Below, piece after piece: positions 45,828-55,846 of a stretch of DNA of 64,000 bases. Below the pieces are notes generated by a model, which worked only from the letters and a program-made list of their open reading frames with translations, had not been told where the DNA came from and did no database searches. Positions within the stretch are counted from its first letter, which is position 1. Each line of letters begins with the position of its first letter. Both the position numbers and the translations under genes were made by a program. Source of the stretch: an uncultured Phycisphaeraceae bacterium. Lineage in GTDB: Bacteria > Planctomycetota > Phycisphaerae > UBA1845. Where the stretch lies: contig CAZBUJ010000001.1 in NCBI GenBank assembly GCA_964495075.1, forward strand, positions 78,539 through 142,538, read 5' to 3'.

Positions 45828-48800
45828 ATGAAACAGGAGCAGAGAAGACGGCGCGTGCGGGGGATGGTCAGCGTTATGGCGGCGAGCGCGTGGCTCGTGT
45901 TCACCGCGGTGAGCGAGGCGAATCCGTTCGTCCCGTTGGACTGGCAGATCCGCGTGAAGTCCGGCAAGTTCGAGGATCAGCGCAAGCATGTCAAATGGAT
46001 TCGTGACCTGGACGGGAATTTCATCGACGACGAGATCGACAAGATGTCCCCGGGTGAATCGACGCAGGTCATCGTGCAGTTGAGTGAGTGTTTGTCGCGC
46101 GAGCAGATCCGTCAGAAGTTCTTCGGTTTCGGCGACGTCAGCCAGGTGGGCACGCTGGTGGCGTATTGCGTGATCGACGACGTGCCCGTGGAGCGGATGC
46201 AGGAACTCGTGAACGATCCGGCGGTCGCGGCAATCGAGAAGCCGCGCGAAATGGAACTGCACCTCGACACCAGCACCCGGGTCATCCGGTCGCGGGCCAG
46301 CGCGACCTTTTCACCGGAGACGTTTGCCGACGCGTTCGGGTATGACGGCAGCGGCGTCAACATCGCGGTGGTGGACACGGGGGTCGACGATGCGGTTCAC
46401 GGTGCCTTCGCGGGCAAGTTCGTGTCGGGATACAACGCATGCACGGCCGTGGCCGGGAATCCCGACGACGACGTGGACGATCCGGCGATCACCACCGGTG
46501 ACGACGGCATCTGCGATACGACAGCGGCGGGTGACGACACGCAAGACCTCACGGTCGGCAGCGCGTTCGGCACCACGGTCGGCGTCACGGCCGGGCCGAA
46601 CGGCGTGCTCGACACCGTGGTCGTGGGAGGTGATGACTTCGTAACTACTTTCCTGTGCGATGGGACGACTCCGGTCGTCGCGACCGGCGCGGACGGGATC
46701 TGCGATACGGCGGCGGCCGGTGACGATTATCAGGTGGTCGCGTTCGGCCAGGGGTTTCCGGGAGCGCCATGCATCGGGCCGGGCGGAAACGGCATCATTG
46801 ACACGGCCCCGTCGGGTGACGACGCGGAGTTCGTTCTGTACCACGGCACGCATGTGGCCGGCACCGCGCTGGGCCTCGGTGTGGGCGGTGGTTGTCGACC
46901 GGCCGGCAACGGTTCGGGGCCGAACAATTGTGAAGGCGTGGCCCCGGGTGCGGGTCTGGTCGATGTCAAGGTTTTCGCCCCCGGGTGCTTCACGACCGAT
47001 GTCGTGATCATTGACGCGCTCGAGTGGATCTGGCTCGACGGATCGGCCGACGTGGTCAATATGAGCCTCGGCTCGAACTCGCCGGCCGACGGCACGGATA
47101 CGCTGTCGAACGTCATCAACGCCCTCGTTTCAAACGACATCGCGGTGTCGGTGTCCGCCGGCAATTCGTACGCGAACTGCCTGGGTGCCGTCGCCGCCTC
47201 GTCGCTGGCGGTCACGGTGGCGAGCGCCAACGATCGGGGGATGGTGGATAGGGACAACTCGCTGTACAGCGCGTTCTCGACGTACGGGCCGCGGGTGGAT
47301 TTCGACATAACGGATCCGTTCGTGGGGATGCTGAAGCCCGACGTTGCGGCGCCCGGGTCGGACATCTTTTCGGCAGAGGGCGATACGGGGGGTGACTACC
47401 ACTCTCTCAGCGGGACGTCGATGGCGTCACCGCACGTGGCCGGCGCGATGGCCCTGCTGATCGAGATGCGGCCCGACATTCCGCCGGGCGCGTTGAAGGA
47501 CATCCTGAAGCGCTCGGCGTATGTGACGCCGCAGCATGCCGCGGAGGGGGCCTCCTTCCCGGCGATTGACAGCACGTACAACGTAAACTGGGGCTTCGGG
47601 CTGATCGATCTCTATCAGGCGGGCGTTGACCTGGAGACGGGGATTACCGACCTGTCGTTCACCACCTGCGAGGATCCCGGTTGCGCGCCGGGCTACCCGA
47701 CACAGCGGCGGTGCACGCTGGTCGGCGGGACCCCCTCGTACGCGAACTCGACCGACATCCTGCTGGACGCGAATCCGCCCGTTCAACTGGAGCCCAACGC
47801 GATCACCGTGCTGGTCGAGAACCGTGGCACGGCGATGGCCGAGAACGTGGTGGTCTGCGTGGGCGTGAAAGAGCTCGGCGGCGGCATGAACGAGTTCTAC
47901 GACGTAGGGTGCCGGGAGATTAATCAGATCCTGCCCGGCGCCACCGAATCGGCCACGGTTCCCTGGACACCGACGGCGAACAGCCACCAGTGCATCCAGG
48001 CGACGATCGACTACGGTTTCGACACGGAGTTCTGCAACAATCTCACGCAGCGGAACACGAGCCCGGTCCCGGCGTCGTCGCCGGCGGTAGCCCAGTTCCG
48101 GGTGGAGAACCCGTTCAACGAAGCCGCGGACTTCGCCGTGTTCGTCGAGGTGGATGATGAGCGTTTTGACTTCGACATCGTCGGGCCCACGCAGTTCCGC
48201 TTGACGCCCCAGGATTGCCCACAGCTACTCGAAATCGTGTTCATCCCGCAGCAGGGCACGCCGGTCGGGACGCGGGCGCGGGGCTCCATCGACGTGGTGG
48301 GGTTTACGCCGACGTACCCGGACGGTGTGGAGCTGTCCGGTGTGCAGTACGAGGTGACCGTCGTCGCGCCGGGGCTGGAGAAAGCGTATTCCGCGGCTCG
48401 CCACGGCGCGGAAGGCAGGATCAACATCCCGCTGGCCCTCGCCGGTCAACCGACATCGGATCCGCGGCGGACGGTGCAGGAGGTGATCGCCGTCTTCCTC
48501 ACGCCGGTCCAGCCGAAAGACGGCAGCCTGGACCCGGACGATGTCGTGATCACCAGCGTGGGGGGCAGCCCGATCCCGCCCTACACGGTGGCGTTTACGG
48601 ACGAGGATGGCCCGGCGATTGGGGCCGGCGGTGTTTCGGGCAAGGAACTCACCATCATCTTCTCCGAGCCGCTGCCGAACGAGGAACGCTACCGGTTTGA
48701 TTTCCAAGAGCGATTCGTGGATCTCGACGGTGATTCGCTGACCGGTGACTCCGACTTCGAGTTGCGCGTGCTTCAGGGCGACGCGAACGGGAGCGGGATC

Positions 48801-48953
48801 GTGACGGGGACGGACATTTCGTTCGTGCGAGGCCGGATCAATCAGGCCGTGTCTTTCGGTGACACGTCGCGTGCAGACGTGAACCTGACGGGCACGTTGA
48901 CCGGGACCGACATCAGCTACGTCCGATCGCGGATCGGGGACAGCGCGCCGTAG
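45828..48953 (+). CDS. secreted subtilisin-like serine protease (S8) with Asp-rich repeat insert and dockerin-like C-terminus
   Basis: GGAGG SD then ATG 45828. Signal VMAASAWLVFTAVSEA. Catalytic D (VVDTGVDD), H (HGTHVAGTA), S (GTSMASPHVAG). C-terminal GDANGSGIVTGTDISFVRGRI / DVNLTGTLTGTDISYVRSRI pair. Confidence 0.9.
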   Translation: MKQEQRRRRVRGMVSVMAASAWLVFTAVSEANPFVPLDWQIRVKSGKFEDQRKHVKWIRDLDGNFIDDEIDKMSPGESTQVIVQLSECLSREQIRQKFFGFGDVSQVGTLVAYCVIDDVPVERMQELVNDPAVAAIEKPREMELHLDTSTRVIRSRASATFSPETFADAFGYDGSGVNIAVVDTGVDDAVHGAFAGKFVSGYNACTAVAGNPDDDVDDPAITTGDDGICDTTAAGDDTQDLTVGSAFGTTVGVTAGPNGVLDTVVVGGDDFVTTFLCDGTTPVVATGADGICDTAAAGDDYQVVAFGQGFPGAPCIGPGGNGIIDTAPSGDDAEFVLYHGTHVAGTALGLGVGGGCRPAGNGSGPNNCEGVAPGAGLVDVKVFAPGCFTTDVVIIDALEWIWLDGSADVVNMSLGSNSPADGTDTLSNVINALVSNDIAVSVSAGNSYANCLGAVAASSLAVTVASANDRGMVDRDNSLYSAFSTYGPRVDFDITDPFVGMLKPDVAAPGSDIFSAEGDTGGDYHSLSGTSMASPHVAGAMALLIEMRPDIPPGALKDILKRSAYVTPQHAAEGASFPAIDSTYNVNWGFGLIDLYQAGVDLETGITDLSFTTCEDPGCAPGYPTQRRCTLVGGTPSYANSTDILLDANPPVQLEPNAITVLVENRGTAMAENVVVCVGVKELGGGMNEFYDVGCREINQILPGATESATVPWTPTANSHQCIQATIDYGFDTEFCNNLTQRNTSPVPASSPAVAQFRVENPFNEAADFAVFVEVDDERFDFDIVGPTQFRLTPQDCPQLLEIVFIPQQGTPVGTRARGSIDVVGFTPTYPDGVELSGVQYEVTVVAPGLEKAYSAARHGAEGRINIPLALAGQPTSDPRRTVQEVIAVFLTPVQPKDGSLDPDDVVITSVGGSPIPPYTVAFTDEDGPAIGAGGVSGKELTIIFSEPLPNEERYRFDFQERFVDLDGDSLTGDSDFELRVLQGDANGSGIVTGTDISFVRGRINQAVSFGDTSRADVNLTGTLTGTDISYVRSRIGDSAP

Positions 48954-49105
48954 TCGGCGGCGTCGACCGCGAACGACTGACAGGGGGAGTCCGTGGGCGG
49001 CGCCCCTGTCGGGACCGGTTGTTCGGCCATTCAACCGGTGTGAAGACGAGCCGGCGCGGAGGGTGCCGGCCATCAGGGGAATAGTCATACGAAGGAGAGA
49101 GAGAA

Positions 49106-49765
49106 ATGACCCGAATTGTGCTGTGCTTCTTATGTGGAGGATTGGCGATCGGTTGGATGAACGCGGCCCAGGCGTCCATCGACTTCCAGCTATTCGACAG
49201 CGGCTCGCTGACTGACATGGAGGTCACCGTGGTTCAGGGCGATCCGCTGAGCCTGGATCTCGTGGCGACGAGCATTTCGGCCGAGACCGGTGTGGAGGCT
49301 GAACTCGACTCGTTCGCCTATCGGATCGAGTTCGACACCGAGGAGTTCTGGCTTACGGGAAACGTGTTCGGCCCTCCGTTCGACAGCGTGGTGCTGGCCG
49401 ACGGCGGGTTCAACGGGAGCATTCCATGGGCGCCGCCGTCGGTCCAGATCGATGACGGGGCGGACGCTGGATCGCCGGCCGCCACGGCGGGGATTCCGGA
49501 CATCTACCGGACGACGGCCTCCGAGGCCGGCGTTCCCGGCGAGGGGCCGAACCTGCTGGTGGAGACGCTGGACCTGACCGCCCCGCTCACGCTGGGCGAC
49601 TACTTGATCAGCCTGAACATGTTGGAGGCGGCCGACGCGTTCGGTGCGTTCCACACGGTGGACAACGGGATGGACTTCCTGGTGCACGTGATCATCCCCG
49701 AGCCGGCCACACTACCGCTGCTAGGGCTCGCCAGCCTGGCCGCGGTTCGACGCCGCCGGCGTTGA
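49106..49765 (+). CDS. PEP-CTERM sorting-domain protein
   Basis: 219 aa. Signal LCFLCGGLAIGWMNAAQA. C-terminal IPEPATLPLLGLASLAAVRRRRR, i.e. PEP motif, TM segment and Arg cluster. Confidence 0.8.
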   Translation: MTRIVLCFLCGGLAIGWMNAAQASIDFQLFDSGSLTDMEVTVVQGDPLSLDLVATSISAETGVEAELDSFAYRIEFDTEEFWLTGNVFGPPFDSVVLADGGFNGSIPWAPPSVQIDDGADAGSPAATAGIPDIYRTTASEAGVPGEGPNLLVETLDLTAPLTLGDYLISLNMLEAADAFGAFHTVDNGMDFLVHVIIPEPATLPLLGLASLAAVRRRRR

Positions 49766-49831
49766 GTGTCGTCCGACATCCGCGGCGCTGACGCTGCCGT
49801 GGATCACTTGGCCTCCCACGCGGCCATCCAA

Positions 49832-49863
49832 GGGCCGCCTCTCACCGAGGGGCGGCCCTCTTT
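49832..49863 (+). terminator. rho-independent terminator after the PEP-CTERM gene
   Basis: GGGCCGCC-11 nt loop-GGCGGCCC (8-bp stem) followed by TCTTTGG. Confidence 0.5.
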
Positions 49864-50338
49864 GGAGCTTGGCCGTCACCGGCGCCGGTGGCCTACGATT
49901 GGTGGGCCTGTTGTGGGAGGGAGAAGGCAGTGACAAAGGGGGGTACAGTGCCTTGTTGGGACCACTGCGCGTCTACCGGAACGGCGTGGCTCGCCCGGCG
50001 GCGATCTGACCGCGTGCAGGTTTGAAGCCTGCGTTTTTTCTTCGGCCGCGTCACGGCACGATGCGCCGTTTGACGCATTCGCGCCCTTGCTGCGGTCCGG
50101 TGTCGTGACGAGCCCGATCTACGCGAGGCATCGTCGGGCTGGTTTGGCTCAGCGTATCGTTATGACGAGGCGACGCGACCGTCAGCGCGGCGGTTGCCAG
50201 CGCGGGCGCCGCGGCGTATAAGGACGCGGCGGTGACCGCGTCATCAGGGGGCCGGCTGGTCGACGACGCGGGATCTCCCTCACGAGGCGATGGGTGGTTT
50301 GCTGTGGCGTACGCTTCGGGACACGTAAGGCCGCGGTT

Positions 50339-52153
50339 ATGACTTCGGAGCCGGAACGAGTTTCCCCGCCTTGCGGGCGTCGCGGGATGGCGACGCGGAT
50401 CGGTGCGTGGGGGCTGCTCTCGTTGATCGTGTGGGGAGCCGGCGCCGGGCTCGTGGGTGGGGGCGGCAACGTCATCGGCCGCGACCGCCCGCTTGGGCGT
50501 CCGGGACCCGGCGCGCCCGATGAAGGTTTTGATTCGGTGTGCGCGGCCGTCTCGCCGCGGGTCGGGCAGGCGCTTGCAGCGCGCAAGTCGGGCGAGGCGT
50601 GGATCCGCGCGAACCAGATCGGGTACCTGCCGGCCGATCCGAAGATCGCGATTCTGTCGAGTGCCGTCCCGCTGTCCGGCGCGTTTCGCGTCGGGTCGTT
50701 CACGGCGGACATCGGGCCGGACGCCGGCCCCTGGGGCCCATTCGCCCACAACTACCGGCTCGACTTCAGCGACCTGCGCGAGCCCGGGCGGTACAGCGTC
50801 GAGTTCGGCAAAGTGAAGTCGCGTCCGTTCGTCATCGGCAAGGACGCATACAAGGACGTACCGGGCAAGCTGCTCGCGTTCATGCGGTTGCAGCGGTGCG
50901 GTGACAACCCCGTCACGGGCAAGAAGTGCCATCAGCAGGACGCGATCGATGTCGTCACCGGCCAGCGGGTCGACCTGGTCGGCGGCTGGCACGACGCGGG
51001 CGATCGGCTCAAGCACATGATCACCACGTCCTACTGCGTGGCCGCCCTTTTTCTGGCGGGGGCGGACGACGAAGCCCGCTACGGGGTGGCGTTTCTGCAA
51101 AAGATCCACCCGGACCGGAGGACGATCTATGTCCAGATCGGCGACGACCGCGACCACCTGCCGCCGGCGACGCTCTGGCACGACGACCAGTCGGACTACG
51201 GCTGGGGGCCGGGCGGACCGCGATCCGCCTGGCCGGCCACCGGCGAGCCGCAGGGGCCGAAGTACAAGAACGCGTCGACCGGGTTGGCCAACCTGGCCGG
51301 TCGCACCGCGGCGGCGATGGCGCTGGCCGGCAAGCTCGACAAAGCCCGTTCGCTGTACGCCCTCGCCCTTACGAAGCCGGGCTGTGCGATGTCGGTCCCA
51401 GTGCGGGCCCCCTACTACTACGGCGAGAGCACCTACCACGACGACCTCGAGTGGGCGGCGGTCGAACTGTACAGGGCCACCGGCGACAACACGTTCCTCA
51501 TCCGCGCGATCGAGCATGCTGACCAGGCCGGCGAGAGCAAGTGGATGGGCAAGCTCCGGCACGGGCATTACGAGTTCTTCCCGTATGTGAATCTCGCGCA
51601 CTGGCGGCTCTATCCGCACGTGGACGAGGCGACGCAGGTGAAGCTGGCCGGTTACTACCGGGCCGGGCTGGAACGCGTGCAAGCTCTGGCCGAGCGCAAC
51701 CCCTACCGGCTCGGCACGCCGCTGGTCTGGTGCTCGACGAACGATGTCGTTGCGTTCGCCACGCAGGCCGTGCTGTACGAGAAGATGACGGGCGACAGGC
51801 AGTTTCGCGGGTTGGCCGCCGAGGCCCGCGACTGGATCTTCGGGCGTAACCCGTGGGGCGTGTCCATGGTCATCGGCGTGCCGGCCGACGGCGACGCGGC
51901 CAGCCAACCGCATCACCTGTTCCACAAGCTGATCGATCACCTGCCGGTGGGCGGTCTGGTGGACGGCCCGGTCTACAAGGATATCAACGACGGCTTGAAG
52001 TTCGCCGACTTCGGGGTGGATCGGCTGGCGCGGTTTCAGTCGAAGGTGGGCGTCTATCATGACGTGTACGCTGACTTTTCGACGAACGAGCCGATAATCG
52101 ATGGGACGGCGAGTCTGTTGCTGCTGCTCAGGGAGTGGGACGGAGGGGGATAA
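50339..52153 (+). CDS. glycoside hydrolase family 9 (endoglucanase-like) with N-terminal Ig-like CelD_N module
   Basis: IRANQIGYLPADPKIAIL (CelD_N-like), LVGGWHDAGDRLKH GH9 signature, DLEWAAVELYRATGD, GGLVDGPV. Start is ATG 50339 or 50387 (MATRIGAWGLLSLIVWGAGAG signal). Confidence 0.85.
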   Translation: MTSEPERVSPPCGRRGMATRIGAWGLLSLIVWGAGAGLVGGGGNVIGRDRPLGRPGPGAPDEGFDSVCAAVSPRVGQALAARKSGEAWIRANQIGYLPADPKIAILSSAVPLSGAFRVGSFTADIGPDAGPWGPFAHNYRLDFSDLREPGRYSVEFGKVKSRPFVIGKDAYKDVPGKLLAFMRLQRCGDNPVTGKKCHQQDAIDVVTGQRVDLVGGWHDAGDRLKHMITTSYCVAALFLAGADDEARYGVAFLQKIHPDRRTIYVQIGDDRDHLPPATLWHDDQSDYGWGPGGPRSAWPATGEPQGPKYKNASTGLANLAGRTAAAMALAGKLDKARSLYALALTKPGCAMSVPVRAPYYYGESTYHDDLEWAAVELYRATGDNTFLIRAIEHADQAGESKWMGKLRHGHYEFFPYVNLAHWRLYPHVDEATQVKLAGYYRAGLERVQALAERNPYRLGTPLVWCSTNDVVAFATQAVLYEKMTGDRQFRGLAAEARDWIFGRNPWGVSMVIGVPADGDAASQPHHLFHKLIDHLPVGGLVDGPVYKDINDGLKFADFGVDRLARFQSKVGVYHDVYADFSTNEPIIDGTASLLLLLREWDGGG

Positions 52154-52335
52154 CCGATTACAGACTGCCAGATTACCAATGAGGCGTCGTGTTCCAGCGC
52201 GGGTGGCGCCGGGCGAGCCTGCGGCGGCGAGCGCCGGGCGAGCCGCACAACCAGACCGAAAGCCGATGATTGCGAATGCGGTGCCGTGTTGAAGGCCGCA
52301 CGGGACGGGGATCATGGCGACCGGACCGGCGGTTC

Positions 52336-52364
52336 TTGGGTTGGCGGAAGCGAGTTGCTAGAAT
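52336..52364 (+). promoter_or_regulatory. putative sigma70-type promoter (TTGGGT-17 nt-TAGAAT) upstream of the GH15 gene
   Basis: TTGGGT at 52336-52341 and TAGAAT at 52359-52364. ATG at 52502. Confidence 0.35.
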
Positions 52365-52501
52365 GTGACATACGCGCTTCGGGGCAGCCGATGGGGGGTC
52401 CGGGCCACGGGAAACGGTGCGTGCCGCCCGCAGCCGGGGGAAGCGACCTGCCAGCGGACGGCTCGATCACGTGCTGAACACCAACCGCGGGAAGGAAGTT
52501 C

Positions 52502-55500
52502 ATGGCCCATTCCACACACATGCGGCGGATTCTGTACGTCCTGACGGGTCTCTTCATGGCGGCCGGGGTGCCGGTACAGGCGGCCCCGGACTACGTCTAT
52601 CACGACCCGGGCGCCGGCGTCTATGGTCAGCCGCCGGGTACCACGATGCGGGAGCCGTTCGCGCCGCGGGAGGACGAGCTCGTCAAGGCGTTCATCAAGA
52701 TCGGACCGTCGTTCACCTACGACGCGGTGGCCGTCTACTACACTACCGACGGCTCGACGCCGCAGGGCTCGCAAGGCATCCCGCAGGCGGGCACGTCGGT
52801 GTTGCTCAGCTACGGTCCGACGCCGGCCATCACGTTTCTCTACAACGAGCCGCCGGGCGGCCACGACGACTGGTGGGAGGCCGAGTTCCCCGTCCACACC
52901 CGCGAATACGGTGTGCAGGTCCGATACAAGATCTCCGCGTGGGACATCGGGGCGCCGGTGCCCGAGGTTTTCGCGGGCGACGGGGCGGTCTTCGAATGGA
53001 CGAACAAGCTCGCCTGGCCAGGCAAGGGCAGCCCGCACGCCGATCACGCGGTGGGCTACCCGGACGTCCACTTCTGGAAAGAGGAAGGCGTGGTCGGCAA
53101 CAACTACATGAACGTGATGGTCGACCGGAACGGATCGGTGTATGACGTCTACTACCCGTCCGCCGGCTGCGTGAACGGGATGGGCACGAAGAACGAAGGC
53201 TACATCGACGGGTTGGACACGTTCCCGCCGGGGCTGCCGCCGGGGCACCGAGGGCAGATGAACATCAACATCGGGATGGTCGGCCTGCGGGTCGACGGCG
53301 TCACCTATTGGCTCACCAACGAGGCGGGCGGCGACTATGTCGACCACACCCAGAGGTACGTCCCCGACACCAACCTGATCGAGACCACGCAGCGACTGGT
53401 GGCGGCCGGCAATGACATCCTGGTCCGCCAGATCGATCACTGCCCCAAGGGCATCGACTACCCGCTCGACCAGGGTGGTCAGCCCAACCGCGGGCTTTAC
53501 ATCAAGCGGCTGGTGCTCACCAACAACGGCGCGGCGGACAAGACGGTCAACGTCTACTTCTACACCGATTATGCCATCAACGGCGGCGACGACTATGACG
53601 GGACGTTCACCGATGCCGGCCGCGGGGCCATGGTCTCGTACGACACCACCCGGCGTGTGCTGCCGCCGGGCAGTGCGGAGTACAACCCGACGTCCGGCAT
53701 GGATTACGAGAAGAACGTCTCGGTGTACCTCGCGGCGGCGATGCGGTTGAGTGACAGCATCGGCGGCAGCGTCGGCGCGCCGGCCTCCGACTTCTGGAGC
53801 GACACCAGCACCGACGAGGGGCTCGGCTGGGTCGGCATGCCGGTCGAGCTGCCGGTCGGCGTATCGAAGGAGGTGGCCGTCCTGCTGGTCGGCGGCTTCG
53901 ACGACTTCGCAGGTGCCACCGGCACCTACGACTACCAGATGGCGGCTGCGATCGATTGGTTCATGAGCAGCGACCTCGACGCGCTGGAGTCGGCCACGGC
54001 GGAGTACTGGACCGACTGGTTGGCGTCGGGCGTCCGGGTGGACACGCCGGACGACGCGTACGGCGCGGTGTTCAAGCGTGGCCTGCTCGCGACCGCCCTG
54101 CACCTGGACGGGGCCAACGGCGGAATCATCGCGGGCATGCACAACGGGGCGTACCCGTTTGTCTGGCCGCGGGACGCGGCGTGGGCGGCGATCACGCTGG
54201 ATCGCACCGGTCATCCATTCGAGGCGGACGAGATCTACCGGTTCCTCCGCGAGGTGACCGAGCGGTACCAGGAGGGTTCGGGGCGCACGAGTTGGTGGTT
54301 CCAGAAGTACACTACGGACGGGCATCGCATCTGGACATCGCCGCAGGTCGACGAGACGGCGTGCTTCCCGTGGGGCGTCTACTATCACTACCAGGTCACC
54401 GGCGACGTGGGGTTCCTCGACCTGAACTACCCGACGGTATGGGAAGCGGCCATCGCGTCGAGCGAGGACAGCGACCACCCCCACCTGTTCTTCGACGATC
54501 CGTACAATCTGATGTACTCGAACAACCTGTGGGAGGACCAGTACGGCGACTTCCTCTACTCGAACGCGGCGGTCGAGCGCTGCCTGCGGGATGCGACTTC
54601 GATCGCCATCGTTCTGGACGAGGACGTCTGCCCGGGCGGGCCGGGGACGTGCAACTACCACAACGACGCCGCTCTCTACACCGAGCGGGCGGACATCATT
54701 CACTCGGGTATTCAGGCTCGGCTGGAGTGGGACGGCGAGAACACCGACATCTCGCAGCTCGGGCTGGTCTATCCGTTCGCGGTCTACGGCACGCAGGCCC
54801 CGGAGATCGTGCACGTGGTGGACCGCATCAACGGGGTGGCGGCGGACTTCCAGGGTGCGGGTTCGATCAAGCCGCTGGTGAACACGGGCGGTGAATGGGA
54901 GGGTCTGATTAACCGCTACTGGGGTGACGGCTACTGGCACAACCCGTTCGGACCGAACCCGAATGCCAGCCCGTGGTTTCTGACCACCATGTGGTACGGC
55001 TGCTATTACGCCGAGCGGCAGGACTCGACCCCGAACGGGGGCGACATCGACAACCACAAGTACCGGCTGGATCGGCTGCTGGATCGGCTGGGGCCGATCG
55101 GCCTCGGCGCAGAGCAGATTGCGCCGAGCAACAGCCTGCTGTACGACGGGCAGATGGACTTCGTGCTCGAGACGGCCTGGCCGAACGCTTGGGAGTCGAT
55201 GTCGTTCGTCGTGGATGCGGTGATGGTTTTCCTCGACTACACGCCGGACGCCCGCGGCAACACGCTCCGCATCGAGCCGAAGCTGCCCTCCGGCTGGCCG
55301 CAAATGACGTTTGCCAACCTGATGCTCGGGCCGCACCGGCTCGACGTGTCGGTGTCCGACACGCCGACCTATGCCGAGCACGCGATCACGAACGTCACGG
55401 GTCTGGACGTCGACTACGACACCTGGGTCCGCGTTCCCGTGCCGACGACGATACTCGCCGTGTCCGCCAACGACACGCCGGTGCCGTACGATCATGACGC

Positions 55501-55765
55501 GAGCACCGGACGTGTGCACGTGACGGGTGGGCTGGCCACGGGGTCGTCTTCGATCACCGCGGTTCGCGTGTACTACGGCGAGCGCGGCGACGGCAACGGC
55601 GACGGCGTCATCGACCTGGCCGACTTTCCGTTGTTCGCCGCGTGTGTGGGCGGCCCGGAATCGGCGATCGGACCGGCCTGCGCGGTGTTTGACTTCGACG
55701 TCGACGCGGACGTGGACTTGGTTGACCTCGGGGCGTATCAGGCAGCGATGGAGCGCGGCGAATAA
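52502..55765 (+). CDS. large secreted GH15-related (glucoamylase/glucodextranase-like) protein with dockerin-like C-terminus
   Basis: 1087 aa. Signal ILYVLTGLFMAAGVPVQA. GIIAGMHNGAYPFVWPRDAAWAAITLDRTGH matches the GH15 (a/a)6 catalytic-domain motif. C-terminus GDGNGDGVIDLADFPLF...DFDVDADVDLVDLGAY. Confidence 0.8.
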   Translation: MAHSTHMRRILYVLTGLFMAAGVPVQAAPDYVYHDPGAGVYGQPPGTTMREPFAPREDELVKAFIKIGPSFTYDAVAVYYTTDGSTPQGSQGIPQAGTSVLLSYGPTPAITFLYNEPPGGHDDWWEAEFPVHTREYGVQVRYKISAWDIGAPVPEVFAGDGAVFEWTNKLAWPGKGSPHADHAVGYPDVHFWKEEGVVGNNYMNVMVDRNGSVYDVYYPSAGCVNGMGTKNEGYIDGLDTFPPGLPPGHRGQMNINIGMVGLRVDGVTYWLTNEAGGDYVDHTQRYVPDTNLIETTQRLVAAGNDILVRQIDHCPKGIDYPLDQGGQPNRGLYIKRLVLTNNGAADKTVNVYFYTDYAINGGDDYDGTFTDAGRGAMVSYDTTRRVLPPGSAEYNPTSGMDYEKNVSVYLAAAMRLSDSIGGSVGAPASDFWSDTSTDEGLGWVGMPVELPVGVSKEVAVLLVGGFDDFAGATGTYDYQMAAAIDWFMSSDLDALESATAEYWTDWLASGVRVDTPDDAYGAVFKRGLLATALHLDGANGGIIAGMHNGAYPFVWPRDAAWAAITLDRTGHPFEADEIYRFLREVTERYQEGSGRTSWWFQKYTTDGHRIWTSPQVDETACFPWGVYYHYQVTGDVGFLDLNYPTVWEAAIASSEDSDHPHLFFDDPYNLMYSNNLWEDQYGDFLYSNAAVERCLRDATSIAIVLDEDVCPGGPGTCNYHNDAALYTERADIIHSGIQARLEWDGENTDISQLGLVYPFAVYGTQAPEIVHVVDRINGVAADFQGAGSIKPLVNTGGEWEGLINRYWGDGYWHNPFGPNPNASPWFLTTMWYGCYYAERQDSTPNGGDIDNHKYRLDRLLDRLGPIGLGAEQIAPSNSLLYDGQMDFVLETAWPNAWESMSFVVDAVMVFLDYTPDARGNTLRIEPKLPSGWPQMTFANLMLGPHRLDVSVSDTPTYAEHAITNVTGLDVDYDTWVRVPVPTTILAVSANDTPVPYDHDASTGRVHVTGGLATGSSSITAVRVYYGERGDGNGDGVIDLADFPLFAACVGGPESAIGPACAVFDFDVDADVDLVDLGAYQAAMERGE

Positions 55766-55804
55766 GGCCGCGTCGGCCACCGGGGGCGCGGGCAATTCGA
55801 AATG

Positions 55805-55846
55805 CCTCGGCACGGTCAAGCAGGACCGTCCGAGGTAATCCTTGTT
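55805..55846 (+). terminator. hairpin terminator after the GH15 gene
   Basis: CCTCGGCACGGTC-AAGCAG-GACCGTCCGAGG (12 bp with one bulge) followed by TAATCCTTGTT. Confidence 0.45.

Noticed and set aside
50051-52315. 754-aa minus-strand ORF
   Set aside because: It is antisense to the GH9 gene. It has the same shadow-ORF composition and no recognisable domain.
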